A stretch of DNA of 58,920 bases. Source: a bacterium. GTDB taxonomy: Bacteria > Patescibacteriota > Saccharimonadia > Saccharimonadales > AWTP1-31. Each line of letters opens with the position of its first letter. The first letter of the stretch is position 1. Below are positions 56,607 to 58,920 of this stretch, piece after piece. Made by a program: the position numbers and the translations under genes. The stretch spans positions 1 to 58,920 of the forward strand of contig JAUHZB010000005.1 in assembly GCA_030426125.1 (NCBI GenBank). Reading direction: 5' to 3'. A model generated the notes under the pieces. The model ran no database searches. It was given only the letters and a program-made list of their open reading frames with translations, and was not told the origin of the DNA.

Positions 56607-57050
56607 ATGAATAAATATGACAAAGATCTGTATTTCGTAGCAGTCAAATTATTAATCCGAGATGGAAATAAACTTCTAATTACACATGACGTCTTTGGTG
56701 CTTGGGATTTACCAGGCGGCAGAATCAAAAAGGATGAGTTCAAAGCTAGCCTATCTTCCGTTATTGAAAGAAAGATGGGAGAAGAGCTTGGTAGCGAATT
56801 CAAATATAGTGTAGGCGTTCCAAGTGTTTTCTTCAGAGTTGAACGTGAAGAACATGGGTTAAATAACCAGAAGGTTCGAATTTTTGCTGTGGGCTATGAA
56901 GCTGTTTATGAAGGCGGAGAAGTCCAGCTTGGAGACCACCATGATAAATACGAATGGGTAGACATTGATAGATTCAAGCCAGAAGAATATTTTGTAGATG
57001 GTTGGCTAGAGGGCGTTCAGGAGTACTTGGCTCAACAATCTGGCCGATAA
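56607..57050 (+). CDS. NUDIX hydrolase
   Basis: WDLPGGRIKKDE...RKMGEELG. Confidence 0.82.
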   Translation: MNKYDKDLYFVAVKLLIRDGNKLLITHDVFGAWDLPGGRIKKDEFKASLSSVIERKMGEELGSEFKYSVGVPSVFFRVEREEHGLNNQKVRIFAVGYEAVYEGGEVQLGDHHDKYEWVDIDRFKPEEYFVDGWLEGVQEYLAQQSGR

Positions 57051-57263
57051 AGATGTCTCTACAAACGGCCAATTTTGGCTATGAAAGATGACCTAGCTCG
57101 AATTTAGAAAAAGATTGATCATGTGCAGACTGCTATTAAAGTCGATAGTTAAACCCCATTAGTCCAATAAAGTGCTTTCTTTAGCTACGTTTGTAATATA
57201 ATATGACTATCCTGGCATGGGTATAAAAAGCTAAAAAATATAAGCAGGCAATAGGGCGTAAGA

Positions 57264-57926
57264 GTGAAAAGAATATTATCAAAATTTAAACTATTATCTA
57301 CAAATCAACAATTAGCATCCTTAGGTTTGCTAACCATGTTATTAGTGGCTATCGTTGGAATAGTTTACTTAGCTTTTAGTAGTGATCCACCTCCCGTTGA
57401 AGCTACTATCACATATTCAACCGATAACCCAGATGAATCAAAGGACAATGCAGATAATTATGATTGGCGTGGAGCCTTTGATGAACCAAAGAAGATTATT
57501 ATCCCTAAAATAGAGGTAGATGCCTACGTTCAGAAAGCAGGAGTTGATCAAAATAATGAAATCGCAGTACCAAATAATGTACATTTAGCGGGTTGGTTTG
57601 CTAATGGCCAAAAACCTGGGCAGAAGGGATTAAGTATCATTGCCGGGCATGTATCTGGGGAAACAACAGATGGCGTTTTTAAAGAATTAGATCAATTAGC
57701 CGAGGGAGATAATTTTGAAGTTGAGCTAGGTAATGGTGATATAAAAAAATACAGTGTTATTAAAGTAATGCAGATTGAAGAAAGTAAATCTGAGCAAGTT
57801 CTGTTTAATCAGGAGCCTGAGGTGCTTAGTCAATTAAATCTAATAACCTGTGGTGGTGAATTTGATGATGCTAACGATCAATATAGAGATAGAGTTATTG
57901 TCTACGCGAAGCTACTAGACTATTAA
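57264..57926 (+). CDS. class F sortase
   Basis: N-terminal TM; IAGHV, GVF..L, LNLITCGG, YRDRVIVYA (His/Cys/Arg triad). Confidence 0.88.
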   Translation: MKRILSKFKLLSTNQQLASLGLLTMLLVAIVGIVYLAFSSDPPPVEATITYSTDNPDESKDNADNYDWRGAFDEPKKIIIPKIEVDAYVQKAGVDQNNEIAVPNNVHLAGWFANGQKPGQKGLSIIAGHVSGETTDGVFKELDQLAEGDNFEVELGNGDIKKYSVIKVMQIEESKSEQVLFNQEPEVLSQLNLITCGGEFDDANDQYRDRVIVYAKLLDY

Positions 57927-58920
57927 GTTCGTCAGTTATTTTATTTCCGTCCCTTGTATTTGAGTTATCATGTATTGCTAAGTTTAATTTTCGCGCTATG
58001 CGGTTTTCTCTTATGCGTCGCTGCAGGATTGCTAAGCGTTCAGCATCAGCCATGAACTTGTTGTATTCTTCAGATTTGGGATCTAGAGTGCTTTCTATAA
58101 ATGCAATTATTCTTTCTGTATCGTGAACTCCAATATCTGCCACAAAGACATCAATTCTGCTAGCAATTATTTTGGAGCTTAGCCCACTAGGGTGGGTTTC
58201 CAGTAAGCTTACTGCTCTTTGAGCGGCTGTTTGTACAATATCTACAAGACCAGGATGTAATTCTCTTGCAATAGGTAGGTGAGCATCGATGTCATGCTCA
58301 GCCCAATCACCGTCGTAGGCAATTGGAAATCTTCGCTTTGCTATTAAGTTCAGGTACGTTCTGTATGGCAAGCGTCTATGCCCGGAAATTGGCTCGATCT
58401 GAAAGAAGCTGCCATCACCTACTTCTCCGTCTAGAAGATCTTTAGCTTCTCCTTTAGTATATGAGTAAGTTTTTAATAATCTTAGATTATCTTCGTTAAC
58501 TGCTGGTGGCTGGTCTGTACTTTCATTGGTCTTAGTACCTTCAACACTGCGAAAGCCTGTTCGTTTAATGGATTTAATGTATTCAGGAAGCTCAGTCAAA
58601 TCCTGATAATAAGGTTTTCTATCACCATTGTCTTTTTCATCCCGGGTGGCGCTATAGTAGTCGGTGATTTTATGTACCAGTTTACTGCTACTTAAGTTAT
58701 CAAAATCTACTGATTCAGGAACTGGCCTATCTAAGAGACGATCATCGCCGAAAGCAGGATCCAGTTGTTCTATTGGATCGTAGCCGAAGTCTTCTGGACC
58801 TAATTCTTCTCGGAGATTCATAGGCAAGTCATCAAACTGACCAGTCTCAATAGCCTCAAGCTCTGGTGAGCTGGCCGGACCTTGGAGACCAAATACAGGC
58901 TTTCCGCCTGAGAATTTCAA
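57895..58920 (-). CDS. hypothetical protein (5' end outside window)
   Basis: open frame to window edge; WAEHDIDAH possible metal site. Confidence 0.5.
   Translation of the reverse strand: MKFSGGKPVFGLQGPASSPELEAIETGQFDDLPMNLREELGPEDFGYDPIEQLDPAFGDDRLLDRPVPESVDFDNLSSSKLVHKITDYYSATRDEKDNGDRKPYYQDLTELPEYIKSIKRTGFRSVEGTKTNESTDQPPAVNEDNLRLLKTYSYTKGEAKDLLDGEVGDGSFFQIEPISGHRRLPYRTYLNLIAKRRFPIAYDGDWAEHDIDAHLPIARELHPGLVDIVQTAAQRAVSLLETHPSGLSSKIIASRIDVFVADIGVHDTERIIAFIESTLDPKSEEYNKFMADAERLAILQRRIRENRIARKLNLAIHDNSNTRDGNKITDELNSLVASRRQ

Noticed and set aside
57052-57152. Short broken coding-like fragment after NUDIX gene
   Set aside because: Too short to assign as a pseudogene
1-58920. CRISPR array, IS elements, and antisense/nested ORFs in the ORF track
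   Set aside because: No repeat-spacer array, cas, transposase or integrase seen; nested ORFs overlap well-supported genes and lack motifs

Overview
This is a bacterial chromosomal segment using the standard genetic code, most likely from a Patescibacteria/CPR (Saccharimonadia-like) organism. That placement is inferred from the shortened alaS, the ftsA-like/baseplate-J-like/ruvX/mltG block, a LAGLIDADG-like gene beside tRNAs and many apparently leaderless genes. The backbone is housekeeping: tmRNA, metG, tatD, iscS, mnmA, alaS, obgE, sbcB, uvrA, rplY, trhO, uvrC, pepP, secG and tRNAs Leu/Val/Phe/Gly. The most striking accessory locus (about 12.6-17.4 kb) has three signal-less, phage-tail-fibre-like proteins (collagen fibre, tail-like protein, esterase-tipped protein). 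Next to them are a free-standing Tat-like signal peptide with only one arginine, a signal-less micro-protein ending in an LxxTG-TM-basic sorting signal, and a tatC-tatA pair whose TatC appears to lack the Arg-binding Glu. This may be a modular export/anchoring system for phage-derived adhesins. Other non-annotated structure: a c-di-GMP-II-like riboswitch with terminator in front of a two-catalytic-domain murein hydrolase; a partial c-di-AMP-like leader and AUU start on a LysM-CHAP gene; a Crp/Fnr mini-regulon with two 31-aa microproteins; two attenuator-like leaders; a 27-aa tmRNA tag; and an atypical tRNA-Gly. All calls come from manual motif reading; no database searches were run.
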